Source: Buchnera aphidicola str. APS (Acyrthosiphon pisum) (lineage in GTDB: Bacteria > Pseudomonadota > Gammaproteobacteria > Enterobacterales > Enterobacteriaceae). Taken from it: DNA of 32,000 nt. The stretch is from positions 240,001-272,000 of the forward strand of contig NC_002528.1 in the NCBI RefSeq assembly GCF_000009605.1, in the 5' to 3' direction. Each line of letters begins with the position of its first letter. Position 1 is the first letter of the stretch. Shown here piece after piece: positions 29,682 through 32,000 of this stretch. Made by a program: the position numbers and the translations under genes. The notes below the pieces were generated by a model. The model did no database searches, had not been told where the DNA came from, and saw only the letters and a list, made by a program, of their open reading frames with translations.

Positions 29682-31764
29682 TTTTTCTTCTCTTTTACGT
29701 ATTGTAAAAAGTTTAAAAACAACTCAATGGCAAATACTTGCTGGTCCAATACTTATTTTAATGATCTTATCAATGATGGTTTTACCATTAGCCCCCTTTG
29801 TTTTAGATGTTTTTTTTACTTTTAACATTGCTTTGTCAATAATAATTTTACTTGTTTCTATGTTTACGCGTCATACTTTAGAGTTCACTGCTTTTCCAAC
29901 AATTTTGCTTTTTTCTACATTGTTGCGTTTAGCTTTAAATGTGGCTTCTACTCGTGTTATTTTTTTAAGAGGTCACACAGGCACCAATTCAGCAGGAAGA
30001 GTAATTGAATCGTTTGGTCATTTTTTAGTAGGTGGTAATTTTGCTATTGGAATAGTGGTATTTATAATCTTAGTTATTATTAATTTTATTGTTATTACAA
30101 AAGGTGCTAGCAGAATCGCGGAAGTTGGTGCTCGATTTATATTAGATGCTATGCCAGGGAAACAAATGGCAATAGATGCAGATTTAAATGCAGGTTTGAT
30201 TGGGGAAGAAAAAGCTAAAAAACGTCGTATAAAAATTACACAAGAAGCTGATTTTTACGGTTCTATGGATGGTGCTAGTAAGTTTGTACGTGGAGATGCA
30301 ATTGCTGGCATTTTAATAATGGTCATTAATATTTTTGGAGGTTTAATTATTGGCTTAATACAACATCATATGTTCTTAAACAAGGCAGTAGAAGTCTATA
30401 CTTTATTAACTATCGGAGATGGTTTAGTTGCTCAAATTCCAGCTTTAGTTATTTCTACTGCAGCAGGTGTGATTGTAACACGTGTAAGTAGCAATCAAAA
30501 CGTTGGAGAACAAATGGCAAGTCAATTATTTTATAATCCTCAAGTTATTTTATTAAGTGCGATAGTATTAGGAGTTCTTGGTTTAGTTCCAGGAATGCCA
30601 AATATTATCTTTTTAGTATTTACAGTTTTATTATTTATTCTTTCTTGGTGGTTGTATGAAAAAAAATATGATCTAGAAAATGATTTTATAAAATCTAATA
30701 AAAAATATAAATTTATACATGATGCCATCTCAGAAGCATCTTGGAATGATGTTGAATTAGAAGATCCAATTCGAATAGAAATAGGTTACAAGTTAACACC
30801 AATGACTGATATTAATAAAAAAGGTGACTTATTAGATAGAATTCGTATAGTTCGTAAAAAAGTTGCTCAAGAAATTGGTTTTTTACCTCCATTAGTACGT
30901 ATTAAAAACAATATGCATTTATCTGGAAATTCTTATCGTATTTTTATTAAAGGTGTTGAAGTAGGTCAAGGAAAGTGTTTTTATGGACGTTTTATGGCGA
31001 TTCATTCAGGCCGTGAAACAGAATCTTTGCCTTTTGAAAAAGTATATGAACCTACTTTTGGTTTATCTGGCTATTGGATTGATGAAGAATTTAAAAATAA
31101 AGCTCAAAAAAAGGGTTATTCTGTTATAGAATCTAGCGTTGTACTTTCAACACATTTAAATTTTTTAATTACTAATCATATTGATGATTTATTTGGTCGT
31201 CAAGAAGCTCAACAATTGTTAGAACGCGTTACGATAGACCATCCAAAATTAACTGAAGATTTAATTCCAAATACAATTAATTTAACCATTTTTCATAAAA
31301 TTCTTAGAAATTTATTATTAGAACATGTTCCAATACGTGATATGAGAACTATTTTAGAAACATTATCTGAACATGCGGATACTCAAAAAGATCCTAATGA
31401 ATTAACTAGTATCGTGCGTATTGCATTAAGAAAAATTATTATACAAAAATTATTTAATCAAAACAATATTATCGAAATAATAGGACTAGAACCTAATTTA
31501 GAACGATTATTACTAAATAGTTTAAAATCTGGAACTGATACTATAGAACCTAATTTATCTGAAAATTTGTTAATACAAACAAAAGAAGCGATCAAAAAAC
31601 AATTGTTAATAGGTTCTCCTCTAGTGTTATTAGTCCGTCATTCTTTACGATATTTTTTATCAAAATTTTTACGTCAAAATTTTCCAGAACTAACTGTTTT
31701 GTCTCAATTTGAGATTATAGATGTAAAAGAAATAAAAATGACTAATATTATTGGTACTTCATGA
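29665..31764 (+). CDS. flhA: flagellar export apparatus protein FlhA
   Basis: 699 aa; polytopic N-terminus, RLALNVASTRVIFL, GARFILDAMPGKQMAIDADLNAG, FlhA cytoplasmic domain; 17-nt overlap with flhB. ATG at 29674 is an alternative start. Confidence 0.97.
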   Translation: MKLMINFSSLLRIVKSLKTTQWQILAGPILILMILSMMVLPLAPFVLDVFFTFNIALSIIILLVSMFTRHTLEFTAFPTILLFSTLLRLALNVASTRVIFLRGHTGTNSAGRVIESFGHFLVGGNFAIGIVVFIILVIINFIVITKGASRIAEVGARFILDAMPGKQMAIDADLNAGLIGEEKAKKRRIKITQEADFYGSMDGASKFVRGDAIAGILIMVINIFGGLIIGLIQHHMFLNKAVEVYTLLTIGDGLVAQIPALVISTAAGVIVTRVSSNQNVGEQMASQLFYNPQVILLSAIVLGVLGLVPGMPNIIFLVFTVLLFILSWWLYEKKYDLENDFIKSNKKYKFIHDAISEASWNDVELEDPIRIEIGYKLTPMTDINKKGDLLDRIRIVRKKVAQEIGFLPPLVRIKNNMHLSGNSYRIFIKGVEVGQGKCFYGRFMAIHSGRETESLPFEKVYEPTFGLSGYWIDEEFKNKAQKKGYSVIESSVVLSTHLNFLITNHIDDLFGRQEAQQLLERVTIDHPKLTEDLIPNTINLTIFHKILRNLLLEHVPIRDMRTILETLSEHADTQKDPNELTSIVRIALRKIIIQKLFNQNNIIEIIGLEPNLERLLLNSLKSGTDTIEPNLSENLLIQTKEAIKKQLLIGSPLVLLVRHSLRYFLSKFLRQNFPELTVLSQFEIIDVKEIKMTNIIGTS

Positions 31765-31794
31765 TAGATAAAATTAGTTTTTTGTATACAGATT

Positions 31795-31842
31795 GGTGCG
31801 GTGATAAGTAGTACCATGTTAGTGCTACATTATTTCCTCACC
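31795..31842. other. imperfect long hairpin in the flhA-argS convergent intergenic region (candidate terminator or small RNA)
   Basis: GGTG (31795-98)/CACC (31839-42), ATAA (31804-07)/TTAT (31830-33), TAGTAC (31809-14)/GTGCTA (31822-27, one G-T), loop CATGTTA; TTTTTT at 31850-31855. Confidence 0.45.
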
Positions 31843-31887
31843 TTGCTGGTTTTTTAGGACAAATAGATGTCATATAAATTAATATTT

Positions 31888-32000
31888 TTACATTTTTTTT
31901 ACTACTCTAATACCAAGCATATTAAGTCCTTTTTTTAATGTTTTAGCTGTTAAAATAGATAATTTAAGTCTACTTTTACAAGTTTTTATTTTTTTGGGAA
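31888..32000 (-). CDS. argS: arginyl-tRNA synthetase, C-terminal fragment (continues beyond window)
   Basis: Minus strand open from the window edge: ...KTCKSRLKLSILTAKTLKKGLNMLGIRVVKKM*, matching the ArgS C-terminal RLKL..LTA.TLK.GL..LGI signature; not in ORF track because partial. Confidence 0.87.
   Translation of the reverse strand, partial: PKKIKTCKSRLKLSILTAKTLKKGLNMLGIRVVKKM

Noticed and set aside
1-32000. Search for CRISPR arrays, IS elements, prophage, toxin-antitoxin, defence or secondary-metabolite cassettes
   Set aside because: No periodic direct repeats, transposase or integrase motifs, or unexplained multi-gene blocks; coding space is filled by conserved housekeeping genes.

Overview
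The window is a continuous, gene-dense piece of an AT-rich, reduced gammaproteobacterial chromosome. Gene content and order (murD-mraY-murF-murE-ftsI-ftsL-rsmH / ilvHI / apbE / degP / dapD / map / rpsB-tsf-pyrH-frr-dxr-uppS / bamA / dnaE / proS / flhB-flhA / argS) match the aphid endosymbiont Buchnera aphidicola; I cannot assign a strain. Nearly everything is conserved housekeeping. I see no CRISPR array, transposon, prophage, toxin-antitoxin locus or defence-like cassette, and no novel multigene system. The points worth a second look are mostly decay or recoding: (1) ftsL is broken at an 18-A coding tract, and the missing C-terminus (NDEWRNLIIEKNSL...) is encoded intact in the next frame; (2) apbE is broken at a 10-A coding tract, and its entire C-terminal part is intact in the next frame, needing the same +1 A correction; (3) bamA stops midway through the beta-barrel and dnaE starts 36 nt later, so the second half is physically absent; (4) the FlhB autocleavage motif reads NPIH instead of NPTH; (5) a GC-rich terminator lies between degP and dapD, and an uncharacterised relatively GC-rich fold-back element lies between flhA and argS. 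Comparisons with E. coli proteins are from memory and should be confirmed by alignment.
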